NCBI GenBank assembly: GCA_030704615.1 | Contig: CM060731.1 | Span: 31,868,001 to 31,932,000 of the forward strand | DNA: 64,000 bases | Source of the DNA: Takakia lepidozioides | Taxonomy: Eukaryota; Plantae; Bryophyta | Reading direction: 5' to 3' | Notes under the pieces: generated by a model | The model's input: the letters and a program-made list of their open reading frames with translations, nothing else | The model's database searches: none | Told to the model about the DNA's origin: nothing | Part shown: positions 12,465 through 25,705 of the stretch, one piece after another | Layout of the letters: each line of letters starts with the position of its first letter | Position numbering within the stretch: the stretch's first letter is position 1 | Made by a program: the position numbers and the translations under genes

Positions 12465-14527
12465 ATCGTGGACCGTCTCATGTCCATCAGTCTAGACTTC
12501 AACCTTTTGAGTTGGAATAGTGCTTCAGTTTGTATTATGAGGAAGTCATTCATGATACTGTGGATGATGATTGGTAGTTCATGGTTCTAAGTAACCATCT
12601 CAGCAGTGACTCTGATCTGGCCCTGACTGTCGCTGCATTTGCACTTTTGGCCCTCCTTTCAATGAGGAGCAGGACGAAGGCCACTGCGAGCAGAGTTGAA
12701 GAGGTATGTCTTCAGGGCTGGATACCACACAAATTTAGGTAGATGTTAAACGAAGAAAAAGAGGTTCCAATCTTTTGGAGCTCAGCAATCCTGAACAAAA
12801 ATCGTGCATGCAAATCATTTGGAGGTGACATGCTTGGTCCACTCAACTGGGGCATTTGCTTCGCCAATCTGCAGCTGTCTTTCAGCTTAGATAACCCAGC
12901 GATGCAGATCGACATTGCCATGGTCACATCTACTTCTGGGAAGTTCCCACCTTGCAACAGGAGGAAGGTACAGAGAGTGAGAATAGCGTCCAGGATGGTA
13001 AGAAGCTAATTTGCTTGTCCCCAACCTGATTCTGTTGCAATTTCGACCTCTGGCAGAGTGACTCCTGATGTCTTTTGTAGATTGGTCAAGCATAGTTGTG
13101 AATGTAGCACATTGTATCAACTCAGAAGAAACTGAAGAAACTGAGGAAACTCAACCTGCACTAGGGTGACTTCACCAATTCAACCCAGAAATGGTATGTG
13201 GGCTGTGGCACCCAGCACCTAATTTTTTTGTCCCACTGGTTCGGCCAAATGTGGTGAATGGATTTGGCAGGCAAGAGTGGTTCAATGTTTGTTTTATAGA
13301 CAACTTTTATGTCCAATGTGTGCATGCGTGGGATTAAGGACATAAAATTAATCGGTGGATGAAAAAAGCAGTTTTTCATCTGCTGTTTGACAAATGTGCG
13401 TAGAGAACCCTTCTTTGATTGTTGGTGTCAATTCACTGTAGGGGATGTTAAATTTTCCCATAGGAGTGGTGGTCCAAACGATTTAGAGTTGGCGGATTTC
13501 ACTTTCGGGCTGTTGAGGAACTCAAAGTGTAGTCATCACCATTCTCCTCATAGTAGATCCCAAAGTAGTAAACAATATATGTTAAGTTTCAAAATATGTC
13601 ATTGATGGAATCTTTTCAATACTACTACTTCATGAACGCAGAAAATTAATTGCCATGAAGTAACTCTCTACATATGGCGGACTGGATGAAACTGAGAACA
13701 CTAGGAATAATGTAAGAACTTAATGCACAAGTTCGATCTTTGACAGGACCGCACGCGAGTTTTAGGCTTGTCAAATGTTCCCCACCCTCTCTCGAGAGTG
13801 AGATGGAACTGAAGGGAGTGTAACTCCAGTCGGGGTGACACTGGGCTACATGGGAGGGAGTGTAAACTGCACTAGGTGTAACGCACACTTGGTCTCGAAA
13901 TCTTCTTGTTTGTGCGCTGATGCACAGACCAAATTTCAAAGCCAGTTCTTGATGTCTAGGAGGGGATACACCATGATCGGTAGTTGCAATGGGTGGCCTA
14001 GATGCTCAGTCTTTACACAAAGGTTGGGCTCAAGAAGGAGCTCAGTTCGTAGTATAGGGTGAGCCATCATCAGTCTGTATCTCCACACTACTCTCTCCCT
14101 CATATATGGGGCTGCCTGCGTCAATGTATCAATGTATCAAACTTTATTGTTGGCTCCTCTTTATTCTAAAGAGGAGACTACCGATCAGTGTCAAAAATCA
14201 CTAAGCCCCTGTTCGCGGGTGTCACCTCATCTCCTTTGTTGAAAACTATTTCATGAAGGGCCTCTAGGTAACACCTCCCTGAGGTAACCTCTCCTTGATT
14301 GAACAATTTATGAAGAATAAGTGGATGAACTTTCAAGTTTACTATGGATGAAAGTGGCTTTTGCTATTCACAAAGAAGAGCTAGCCTATATGCAACTAGC
14401 CGTTTGTATCTAATATCTTGTCAACTAATCCAGTCCTGCGAGAGGTTTCTGGTTGCGGCCATTGGAGGACACTAACCCAATTCAACGAGACAAAAGAAAA
14501 CCACAATTTAAGCTTGCTGTGACAGTA

Positions 14528-14886
14528 GGGTAAAACACCCTATGACCGTTATAGTACCTATGACCGATCACCTCATAACTGCCTGGGTCAGGCCACATAA
14601 GCTACCATTGCTGGCCCAATTTTGCCACTTGGCAACCAGTTGTTTGATAGAACCCCCCTAAAAAATGTGATTGGTCATAGGGCTCAAGGTTCACACAAGC
14701 ATTTGGATTGGTTCAACTTTGAAACCCCACAACTTTGTATGGACTTCAAGAAATCATGCACTTCCAATTGTGTTGGGATGCTCCCCATGTGGGGCATCTT
14801 TCCATTTTATCCGGGGTAAAAACGACAAAAATTCACCGTTAGATCTTCTGCCATCGTTAGATGAACGGTCATAGGCCTGTCTACCC
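14528..14886. mobile_element. MITE with TA target-site duplication (Tc1/mariner-like)
   Basis: TA|GGGTAAAACACCCTATGACCGTT ... AACGGTCATAGGCCTGTCTACCC|TA gives imperfect ~23-bp TIRs. CCTATGACC motifs recur internally. Length 359 bp. Confidence 0.7.
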
Positions 14887-15781
14887 TAGTCTACATTTGG
14901 TATTGTTACTCCGCTTTCAAGCCTTTTTTTATCTAGTGGTCTTATTATTCAAAATGTTACCAAATCTTGGGGAATTGAATGCCAAATAGGTGAGTGCATT
15001 GGAGTTCCCCACAACACAGAATACCAAGAACCGAAAGAGACTTGAGTGATTTGTCACAGCATTCATTGTCGCTGTCCTGTCAAATCCTCCCCACCGCCTC
15101 TTACCTTGGATTCACTATTAAATACTTCAGAATGCTGAAGGTTGCCAAGCAGCGGTGAGTAGCCTTATATGGCGAGTACTCCTACTAGTGTAATCCCAAG
15201 TCTGTGTAACCCTGGGTAGTGTCACCCTGTGTGTTGTGTAACTCCTGTTAACACATTATACTTAACCAGATTTGGACTTACTGTATTTATCCCGTCTACC
15301 CAGTATCATTACCCATGTACTTGCCTTCAGAGAAAGGGACTCAAACCTGCTCTACACAAGTTTCAGATCAAACCTCTTTCCTGTTAAGGACCATTACTGA
15401 AAACCTCCCATGCAGATCAGACTGTGGGGGTACAAGGATATAGCAAGTATGACATGATCAGTAGCTCTCTATCTCTCTCCATCTTACATCCACAAATTCC
15501 GAAATGGTCCTAGATTACTGTATTGATGTCTTTCCTTCCTTTCAGTTTCTCTTCTTTCGCTCCACAACTGCCATAGTAACTGCTCTAAAGAGGTGATGAA
15601 GAATTGCGTAGTGTATGGCCCTAGCAGAAGGCGGGTGTACTTTGCCTTGCAGGAGTTGTGGGAAGAGAATCCCACTACAGCCCTAGCAGCAATGCTCTAA
15701 TACCTCATACTTCCTACAACAGCAGCTTGACAATTTAATATGAAAATAACACCAGCAAGCAAACAGTGATGGGGGTAAGCA

Positions 15782-18672
15782 TCACTCAGCTATGGATCCA
15801 AAATCACTCGAGAAGAGGATGTTCCCTGTCATGAATGATTCTGAGTCTGCCAACCATGCACCCACCACCCTATTGAAGGTTAAGGCCTATATCAATTTCA
15901 GTGCAATAAACATGTCTGCTGTAAACTAGACAATGATATTTTTTTCAATAGTGCCCACCCTGGACATCATACTCCTTAAAAACATGCAAGGAACTCACTC
16001 AACTCACCATACTTCACATATCAAAGTCACCCATAGATTTAAACAGCTTTTGAAATTGTCTCAAGTTAAAATTCATGTCAAAGCAAGCGTGCATAACTTC
16101 AGGAAAAAAATTGAACTGTGCGAATACCACATGTTAGCCTGGAAATGCAATGTGAACCACTACGTGATACAACAGCCTCAATTGAATTGAATAGTTATGC
16201 TATTTGCAACCTCCCAACCATGAGAATAGGAGGGACACTTAAGAGACAACACATACTCAAGCATGCAAAGTTGGCGTTTATCCAAACGTACCAGTCAATG
16301 AAAGGCAGCCTATCTCCCTCCGTACATATCTGGCCAATGCCTGTACCCAAGTGCATCCCTACCATCAGTCCTGGCCTTGAGATGAATAACTCTCCTTCAC
16401 GAGTCGTGGTAGGTGAATGTGCATTACAAAGGAGGACCTTGCAGTGACCAGGGCCAGACGATTGATCCAAGGGCTCCATTGACATCACATTAGAAGGCAA
16501 ATAAAAGAGAGTGTCAGACGAGAAACCAGGGTCCAGCAAGTACATGTATGGGTGCGGCACTTGGCCCTGTAGGCATGATAGAATCGTCCTCTGCAATAAC
16601 ATTCCTGCACACCACCCATCCAAACTATATCTCAACCTTTGCACATTTCTGAAAACGAGTAACATGAACTCAAGCCCACTATCAGGTCACTCAGGCATGC
16701 ATGTAGCAGAGGTCTCTGTTCAAATTGAAGTGACAAGGTTGACAGGCTAAGTTGCACTCTCACAGAAGCCTAGCTAAAGTTTGTTTTCAGACCATAGCTG
16801 CTAGTGATACTGTGCATACAAGTGCTAAAGAAGAAGCAGTGTGTAAGCTATTTGCTGCTAAAATCAGGCAGACAAGATTCAAACGTGCCCATCTTCCCAC
16901 CAGCACATGCCCAGATGCGTCCAAACTGCTAATCCATTGAAAAGTTGGCAGCAAATAGTAGGCAGTTGACTGCTAAGAAAGAGAACTGAGCTCAATGCTG
17001 TCCAATACAGCCTATGGTTCTTGCTGGATTAACAAAACATCAACTTGAGGTATACCACAAATATAACGCACCGGGACTAATGCATTCAGTACCAGCAAGT
17101 GGAAAGAAGAATGCAGGTACCTCCAGAGTGCACGGGCAAGCTCATCCTGAGCAGCATCCGGTCGCATTGCCGCATCATACGCTGTTACGGCACCATAGAA
17201 ATTCTTCTCCAGCTCTTTCATCCACTTTGATATCATTGCCTTCACCTGTGTGCCCACCTTTCCATGCCTTAGCTCTTGTACTGAACTAATGATTTGTTAA
17301 TGATACAAATCATTAACATCAAATCTAAATGACAGTTGTAGGAAGTTAGTCCACCACCTCTCTATAGAACACATGCATCGGTCCAGCTTTTGTTTGATTT
17401 CACCATTACTGATGCATGCGAGTACAATGAGAGGAGCATACCCCAGTTGCAACAATCCGGCGCTCAAGGTCATGGTTTAACATATCATACATGGACTGAC
17501 CCACGGCTGCACCATCCTTGCCCTCTGCCCTCAAGCGACCAAGGCACAGCCACATGTACACAACCAGCATTGCATGTGTTGTCCTGAAGTTCTGTTCCAA
17601 TGCAAAGCCTGCCCCCCCCCCCGCAGGGCAACCCTCTGGTCGTCAATGGGCACATTCACTAACACAAACCCTCTATTGCACTTCCCAAACTACAAGCATT
17701 TATCAACATACATATACGCCTACATGGGTAAAAAGAAAAGAACAATATCTACCATTCCTTGGGCTCTTACTGCATACCCTGAGTAACTCTATGCACCGTG
17801 TGGCCTGAGACATCATGGATTGCAGGTCCTCCTACTCACCAAAACTACCTTCTATACATACATAGCAAATTGTTATGTGCGAGCTCCTTAGATGAGGCAG
17901 AAGAGCCCACATACAGATTTCCATCCCTGACAGGAAATTCTATATCTGAGCTTTCAAATTTCTCCAATTGATCTTGAGCAGGGTAACTCACTTGCAAAGA
18001 GCTCAGGCTTCTCGACCTGGGAGCTGATCCTGGAGTAAAGAGTGTTAGCACCGCGAATGAGTCTACTCTGCTTGCTGTAGTAACCTAGCAGCTTGAGCAT
18101 GGCACCCTGAAGTCCCTGTGGAGTTGGGTCGACCAATCGGAACCGAGAGGTTTGCTCCAAGCTCAGTGACCGTGGCTTCACAACCCTTGAAGGCTCTCTC
18201 TCACTTGGCTGCAACCCCAACGAATTACTTGGTTACCGTCCAAAATGTGCTCTCTCTCTCTCTCTCTCTCTAAGGGCTTTCTAGAGGAAGTCAGGAAAGC
18301 CCGGACCACTGGTTTATACCAATGTAAGTCCCTCTACTGGAGTGAGCCCCTCACAAATGTAGTGTCTGTTCCCTCTTGTTCCGCCCAAACTGAACGTCTT
18401 ATGAGTACATTCTTTTTGGCATACACTGACTGGCACTGAGAGAACCGCCACAGGGCCAGAAATGCATGGTGAGATTCATCTACGATTATGTCATCACGGG
18501 TTCACATATCGTATGCTTTGTTTGTAGAGAGAGCTACCTTTTCCACAGGAGGTGCCTCGAGGAGCTCCTCGGCAGCAAGTGCAAACGATCGAAACAGCTG
18601 CGGTGGTCTAGTGAGCCTCTCCAGGCGAGGGCCATGCTCCCGCACTACGGCCCTTGCCACACGCGCCAGCAT
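15782..18672 (-). CDS. CBP3: Ubiquinol-cytochrome c reductase chaperone CBP3/UQCC1 (mitochondrial), 7 exons, ~272 aa
   Basis: Exons 18672-18538, 18208-17992, 17608-17442, 17245-17121, 16604-16544, 16340-16292 and 15846-15782 splice in frame. The protein has an Arg-rich presequence (MLARVARAVVR) and the motifs LEQNFRTTHAMLVVYMWLCLGRLRAEG, KWMKELEKNFYGAVTAYD, LARALWRNV and ALARYVRRE. Confidence 0.9.
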
Positions 18673-19684
18673 TCTGCCTCTGCCACTTCAATTTCTGCCT
18701 CACCGCCGCTGCGATTTGAAGCCAACCACGGACGAAAATCGAGTTCAAGAAACTCGATACATCAAGCAGAGAAGAGGTGGGAACTGGGGAGGGACACTCT
18801 CGGTGCTCAGATGGACACTACCGCAATGCAATACAGTAAACTCGAGCGCCCTGCAGAAAGACCCAATTACGAAGGAAGTAAACCTAACTGTCTGTCGGGA
18901 CAAATTGTGAGCGACACTCTAAGCATCGCAGTATCATGTGTTGCTGAGATGGTATGTGCCAGTTGACCAGTGTGAAGAAACTGGATCTTGCTACGTTTGC
19001 TTAACAACAAATGGTATTGCCCCCAGATGGTCCCACTCGAAAACTAGTGATCGTGAATGTGAAGCTCATGCATGAACTTGGAATCTTGAGCCCTGATGGT
19101 TTAGAGGTGATGTAATGCTCTGTGCATCAGTGACTAAATGCAAATATTAGATGCAGACTGTGTTACGCATAACACTGTTGGAAAGTAGGAAACCCTCTTG
19201 CGCATGGTCAGAAACAGGCCACATGAACCTGTTTATTGCATTTGACACGTATGGATGGACTCTCGAGTTTCTACTCTAGCCGCTAGCCGGTTCCAAGACT
19301 CCGTGTTGGTGTTGTCGATAGATTGTTGCCACCTTTCCCAGGGACATAGGACTTGGCGCCCATGCATCATTGAATGCAGACAGAGAGAGGGAGAGAGTTA
19401 GTTAAATCTTTTGCCTCCGTCTACGGTGAAATCGGTTTGTGATTGGAAAGAGAAGTGTTTGGGGGAGACATGGAGTTGGGTTGTCTTGTTACAAGTTGAG
19501 ATTCAACTGCTTGAATGACAGTTTCGGAGGTGGGTGGGTTGCAAGGGAGATCAGAAGATATGAGGTACTTGTCTTTGAGGTCAAGATTTTGAGGGCGACA
19601 TATTCCATTCCGAAAAGGAAAAACAGCAATGTTCACGGGAGGCTCCAACAACCCAAGTGACACATAACAGAGAGTGACGTGTAA

Positions 19685-22625
19685 ATGGAGGAATCAAACC
19701 AGCTGTCGACCCACCCTGGTTTCCAAGGCAGCCCAACTCCTCTTGGTCGTGAGCCTCTCCACGTGCCTTCTTCTCCAGTTGTGCAGCCTGCATTGCCGAC
19801 CCCATCACTCTTACCCCAACAGCAGGCGCCTCTCCCATCAGACCGTACCCCATGCCCAGCTTGCGGTCGTCTTTTTGCGCGCATCAGAGGGCTTGCGCGA
19901 CACCAGCACACGTGTGCGGCTCTTCCTCAGTCCCACACAAATGGTACTTCTCCATTTCAGCCCAGTGTCTTGCACGCGCCACCTCCTGCCTCTGCTTGGC
20001 ATTGGCTTTCAGCGCTAGATGTTCTGGGCGCATTTCAGCTAGGATTACCAAGGCCTCGTCTTTATACAAGAATTCTGATGGCACTACGTCATGAGGTCCA
20101 ACTAGCACTCCGTCTACCCTTAGACAGGCTGGCTCGTGATCCTGATGATATACTAGCATGGTATTTTTTTTTGTTATTTCCTCAGTGGTGTTTGGTTTTG
20201 CCCCCTCGTGGCGGTCAGTCAGGGCACAGAGAGACGCACATTTGTCTTCGTCGTTTTTATCTGGAGATTGGGAGAGTCTGCAAGATGAGCATCAATTACG
20301 GGCACTAGCCCTTGCGGCACGCGCCCCTCCCGCTTCCTCCACGCAGCCACCCTCATCGGCCCACAGGCGATTTCGTCATAATCTCATGTTAGGCCGCGTT
20401 GGCGAGTACTCACGCGCGGCCAAGGCTTTAGCATCTTCCTCACCAGCGCCTCCATCACCGGATACTGTCACTGCCCTCGAAGCCCTTCACCCATCAGCTC
20501 AGGATATTTTGCCGTTTTTTGTTGAGGACTTCGAGCCAGACCAGGATCTCAAACTAGATCGGGAGGTCTTCACTCAAGCCTTCACGCGCAGTCCCTATCT
20601 TGCAGCGGCAGGTCCTTCCGGTCTCTTGTATGAGCACTTACGCAACTTTTTTTTCCACAAGACTCTACTAATGGCTTCTCTCAGCTATTTCAGATTTGCT
20701 CTTTTATTGCTGCTCGCCGTATCCCTGCCCTAGTGGCCCGTCTCCTTGGGGCCTCCAGATTGTTGGCTATGAGCAAACCCTCAGGTATTGGCATCTGCCC
20801 TATCGCAGTTGGAGAGGTTCTTTACTGCCTTGTCAGCCGCTCACTTTGTCTTCAGTTTCGAGATGCATTCTCCAGACACCTCTTTCCGCACCAGTTCGGG
20901 GTCGTCACTCCAGGCGGTTGCGAGGCGGTGGTTCAGGGGATTCGTGCAGCTCTTGATCTTCATCCGGATTGGGTGGTTCTCCAGGTCGACGTCATCAACG
21001 CTTTCAACACTGTGTCACGAGCGGCTATCTTTCAGGAGCTCCGTTCAGCTGGATGAGATTTCCACCAGCTCATTCTGTTTGTTCGATTATTCTATGCATC
21101 CACCACTCCCCTATACTACAGTCATCATTCTCGCCTAGGTGAGTGTTCCATCATTCAGTCCGAGATTGGGACTCGCCAAGGCGACCCTTTAGGATGACCT
21201 TTATTTGTCATGGCTCATGTCCGCGCCCTCACGGCTTCTGCACAAGTTCACTCATCTTGTCTTTTTCCGTCGGTGGCAGACGACACGCACATTGTAGGCC
21301 CTGCCTCACAGGTACTTTCAGCTTACTATCATTTTGTCACCCAACTCTCTGCCGTGGGCCTTTCAGTGCAACCTCGCAAATGTGCGGTGTGGTCTCCGTC
21401 CGGTCTCCCTGCAGATTTTGTCCTCCTGCTCACTTCATTGCTCCACCCAATGGCATCAGAATCCTGGGAGTCCCTTTTGGCACCACCCAGTTCACCGTTC
21501 TTGGAAGATGCACTCCACCAGGATGTCACCCACGCCGATCTCCTTCCTAGGCTCGGAAATGTATAGGTAGCATATGGAATCTTGACCAAATGTTTCTTTC
21601 AGCATCCCTCATATCTCTTGCGCACTGTTCCACCCAGCCCAGATTTCTACACCTCTTATTTGGGTTTGATACTACCATGATGACTATCTTCGGGAGATTG
21701 TTAGGACCAGGAACTCTGGAGGGTGCTCAGGAACTTTTGCCACAATAGCAAGCCACCTTGCCCGTCTCTTCCGGTAGTGTGGTTCTTTTGTCCACTGTCA
21801 CTACCGCCCCGTCAGCTTTCCTCGGCAGTTGGGCATTGGTGGCGCCAACCCTCGCTTCACAATTTCTTTGTGACCATCGTCCCATCCTTATGGACGCCGT
21901 TGCACATGTCGACAGTGGCATTTTACCCTTCCAGCAGCATCTCCGCTCTACACGAGATCTTCTTCCGGCACCGGCACGAGCATGTCTACCATCATTTGAG
22001 CAGTTGGTTGCTCAAGGCCTCGACCATCTTCAGAAGTCCATTTCCGAGCGCGTGCACCGTCGTTCCTTTTCCGACATGCTCTCAAGTGCTTCTTCTGAGT
22101 TGCATCGAGCCCGACTTCTATCATGCGTAAGACCCGGAGCAGGGGCATGGTTGACAGCACGACCCACTATCGCACATTTTCGCCTCTTATCCCCTATTTT
22201 CACTACTGCGCTCCGCCTTCGACTCGGTTTCTCTCATCCTTCGGCATTGGGCCTTCAGCACTGCGTCTGTCTTCAGCCCATCGATGACCTTGTCATCCAT
22301 CTCCTCTGTTGTCCATGTGGTGGTGAGCGCACTGCGTCTCATGATATGATTCGCGATGTTGTGGCATCTATTGTTCGGGAGACAGGGTATCATGTACTGC
22401 GTGAGCAACCACATCTACGACCCATACTCACGTCCCACTCTACACGTCGCCGTGTTGACATCGTCCTATCTAGAGATGGTTTGCGTACCTTAGCAGATGT
22501 CGTTCTCGCCGATCCCACTCGAGCACATCTGCTATCTCGCGCAGCTACCACACCAGACACGGCAGCCACTGAAGCAACCAAGGCCAAGGAGCGCGACTAC
22601 AGGGATCGTCACCCCACCAACACAT
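19685..22625 (+). mobile_element. Degenerate single-ORF non-LTR retrotransposon with restriction-like endonuclease (CRE-clade-like)
   Basis: N-terminal zinc finger CPACGRLFARIRGLARHQHTC. RT motifs AAGPSG, PIAVGE, HQFGV..GGCEA, DVINAFN, GTRQGDPLG, ADD, GIRILGVPFG. C-terminal GAWL, LRLRLG, CxC..H..C knuckle, SHDMIRD, RRVDIVL..LADVVLADP, KAKERDY. Several frameshifts and stops; 3'-truncated. Confidence 0.85.
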
Positions 22626-23579
22626 CGTCGTCATTGTTGTTTTAAGCTGCCCATATTGCCCAAAGAGAAAACCACAAAAATTAGAAACTTCCTGAACGGG
22701 CGTACCTGCCCTGCCGGCGTGTGTGTTTATGTTGTCGCAGAGTCGACAGCATGATCCGATCAATCCGTAGAGTTTCCAAATCAACCAACATCGTGATTTC
22801 GCGGATGTTCTCAACTCAGTTCTAATTTTCTGCCAGTGATGGAGATGTGTAGCTGAATACTACAGTGCGTGGGAAGCCATTGCAGTGTTCAGACCCATTG
22901 TCAATGGCTGCATCCTCTCACTTCCTCAGTTTCACACCAATTCTTTTCAAATTGTCTTGATGCAGGGGAGGCAATGCAGCATGTGGGATGTGGAGGCTAC
23001 TGGAGTCGTTGTCATCGGCCTTGTGGCTCGCCTATGAATCGGAGCGCTGGCAGCCCCCTGGGTGCCACCCCCAATGCACCGCGCCTCTGTATTAGGGGAG
23101 GGTAGCAGTAAGCGCGTGGTGGAGAAGTTAAATGGCTACTTCAGTCTGGGAAAGAATTGTGCGTGCAGATGAGTGGGGTCTTTCGTCATGCTCTCCTCTA
23201 CAATAAAATTGCAGATCGAATTTTCGCTGAAGGCATTTCCTCGACAGGACATGTGGAATCCAGAAGGTAATTTTCTCTCTCGCTCGTCATTTAGCGGGCA
23301 TAATTGAAGGACAGCGACGTTGTTGGAATGCAGTGGGCATTCTAACTCAATTAACCTAAAACTGAGGAACTTTCTAGGATTGGAAGAGGACCTTACTCTC
23401 CTTATGTTTAAGCTGTAGGGCGCAATCGGGCTCCAACTTTTTGCTATAATAAGGAGCTTTCTGGACGAATCTGGAAAATCTCAATCAAAAGTTGTTCTTC
23501 AAAAGCATAGGCAGCAATTAGCTTGCTTATATCGAAGATTGATTCTGCAACGAATTAAATTCTAGGGTGCATGTTGACA

Positions 23580-25175
23580 TGAAGTTGTAATCAATATGTA
23601 TGCGGGAGCCTTGAGGATGCAAAAAGAGTGCTTGACAAGATGGCTGAACGTGATGTGGTCTCCTGGAGTGCGATGATTGCAGGATATACCCAGCATGGGT
23701 GTGGGTTGGAGGCTTTGGAGACCTATGTGCAAACGATCCAAGAGGGGGTGAAGCCCGACCAGGTCACTTTCATTTTGTGTTCTCAAGGCATGTGCCAGCC
23801 TGGCAGCCCTGGAAAAGGGCAGAGAGGTCCATGCTGCCATTGAAAACTGGAATCGTGCCAATTATCATTCTGGACACTACTCTGGTGGACATGTATGCCA
23901 AGTGTGGGAGCATGAAGGATGCAAAGGCAGTGTTCAACAGTATGGCTGATCGAAATTTAGTCTCTTGGAATGTGATGATCGCAGGGTTTGCCTAGCATGG
24001 ATGTGGGATGGAGGCATTGGAGACAATAAGCAAATGAGCGGGAAGGGGTCAAGCCCAACCAGATCACGTTCGTCTGCATTTGCAATGCCTGTGCCAGCCT
24101 TGCAGCCCTGGAAAAGGGCAAAGAGGTCCATGCTGACATCCTGAAAGCTGGAATTGTATCAAATATCTTTCTGGACAATGCCCTTGTGGACATGTATGCC
24201 AAATGTGGGAGCATCGATGATGCAAAGGAAGTGTTCGAGAGTATGGCTGAACAAAATGTAGTGTCATGGAGTGTCGTAGGATATGCCCAGCATGGTTGTT
24301 GTAGAGAGGCCTTGCAACTGTTTGAAGGTATGAAAAAAAGGCTTGAAAACAGTATCACCTTTATGTGTTCTTTCCGCTTGTAGCCACGCGGGCGTAGTCG
24401 ATGAAGGCATACACTACTTTGACTCCCTGAGTCAAGATCATGGTGTCACTCCTACAATGGAGCACTTTGGCTGCATGTTGGACCTTCTTGGGCGTGCGGG
24501 GTGATTGGATGAGGCAGAGGACTTCATTATAAACAGGATGCCAATCAAACCGGATGCTGTGGTGTGGAAAGCCTTGCTTTTGGTGCCTGCAGAATTCATA
24601 GCAATGTGGAGGTGGTAGAACATGCGGCAAAATCTATCTTCAGGTGGGATCAACAGGACGCTGCAACTTATGTTTTGCTATCAAACATCTATGCCACAGT
24701 GGGCAGGTGGGACGATGCTCCAAAGGTGAGAACAATGATGACGCTCCAAGGTGTCAGAAAGGAGCCAGGTCGTTCTTGCATTGAGGTTGGCAACCGGGTG
24801 CACACATTTGTGGTAAATGACAAATTGCATGATCCACAAATTGAGGAAACCCATGCTGAGCTGAGAAGATTGTCTGGGCAGATGAAGGAGGCAGGTCACG
24901 CACCTGACACCCGCTTTGTATTGCATGATGTGGAGGAGGAGCAAAAGGAATTTTCTCTTTGCCACCACAGTGAGAAGCTGGCAATTGCTTTTGGGCTGGT
25001 CAGCACTGCTCCTGGGACACCACTCCGTGTTGTCAAGAACCTTCGGGTGTGTGGTGACTGCCACACGGCCACCAAGTTCATCTCAAAGATTGTTGGGCGA
25101 GCAATTGTTGTACGGGATGCAAACCTCTTTCATCACTTCGAAGATGGGATTTGTTCTTGTTGAGAGTACTGGTGA
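23580..25175 (+). pseudogene. PLS-class PPR protein with E/E+/DYW deaminase domain (organelle RNA-editing factor), pseudogene
   Basis: Repeated DVVSWSAMIAGY/LVDMYAKCGS motifs, an E domain (AATYVLLSNIYA), a PG box (KEPGRSCIEV), HSEKLA, CGDCH and the end CSC*EYW*. Internal stops at 23993, 24502 and 25161 plus frameshifts. The 5' end is missing. Confidence 0.92.
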
Positions 25176-25705
25176 AATGATGTTTTTCTGTAAGGTGTGA
25201 TTGTCTTGCCTCCTCCACTGAATTTATCGGTTCTTTCACCATTCCCTGAGAATGTTGGCGATGACATACTGTTGACAGCATTCCCACTGTGACATATTGG
25301 CTCTTCAAGAGCCAATTGTGGGGTCTACCCACCAGGAGGTGGAAACTCTGAAACTGTGATATGCTCCAGCAGAGAGAGTTTTCTTATATAGTGCGAGCGT
25401 TCTGCGCAGGGTAATGCATCTCTTCATTATGCCTTTTTGTGTGTGACACTGCAGCGAGGTTGTGACACGGTGGAAGGTCCTTTGACCACATGTTCTCCGT
25501 TGATTTTAATATGATGCCAAGACTCTTTCTACAAGACAATAAATGTTCATCTTTTCATAAAACTTGAATATAGCCCATCTGTCTGGATGTTGTTCTCAGA
25601 AGTCGTAGCTAGTAGTGTGGAGCAACGCTAAGCCCTAGTTTTTTTTTCAAAGAAAATTATGGAAAGCTGAACTAACCTACTACCGTACCTACAATCAACC
25701 ACCAA

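Noticed and set aside
12562-12617. C/D-box snoRNA (ATGATGA...CTGA) in the WDR74 3' region
   Set aside because: Only ~52 nt, with a weak terminal stem and no recognisable rRNA guide.
14905-15252. Solo LTR (TGTTA...TAACA)
   Set aside because: No matching 4-6-bp TSD, PBS or PPT, so the termini may be chance.
16195-16665. 156-aa minus-strand ORF as a separate gene
   Set aside because: It is an out-of-frame read-through of CBP3 exons 5-6 and their introns.
23990-25165. PPR-DYW stops repaired by U-to-C RNA editing
   Set aside because: The locus is nuclear and also has frameshifts and a missing 5' end. Reverse editing is known from organelle transcripts only.
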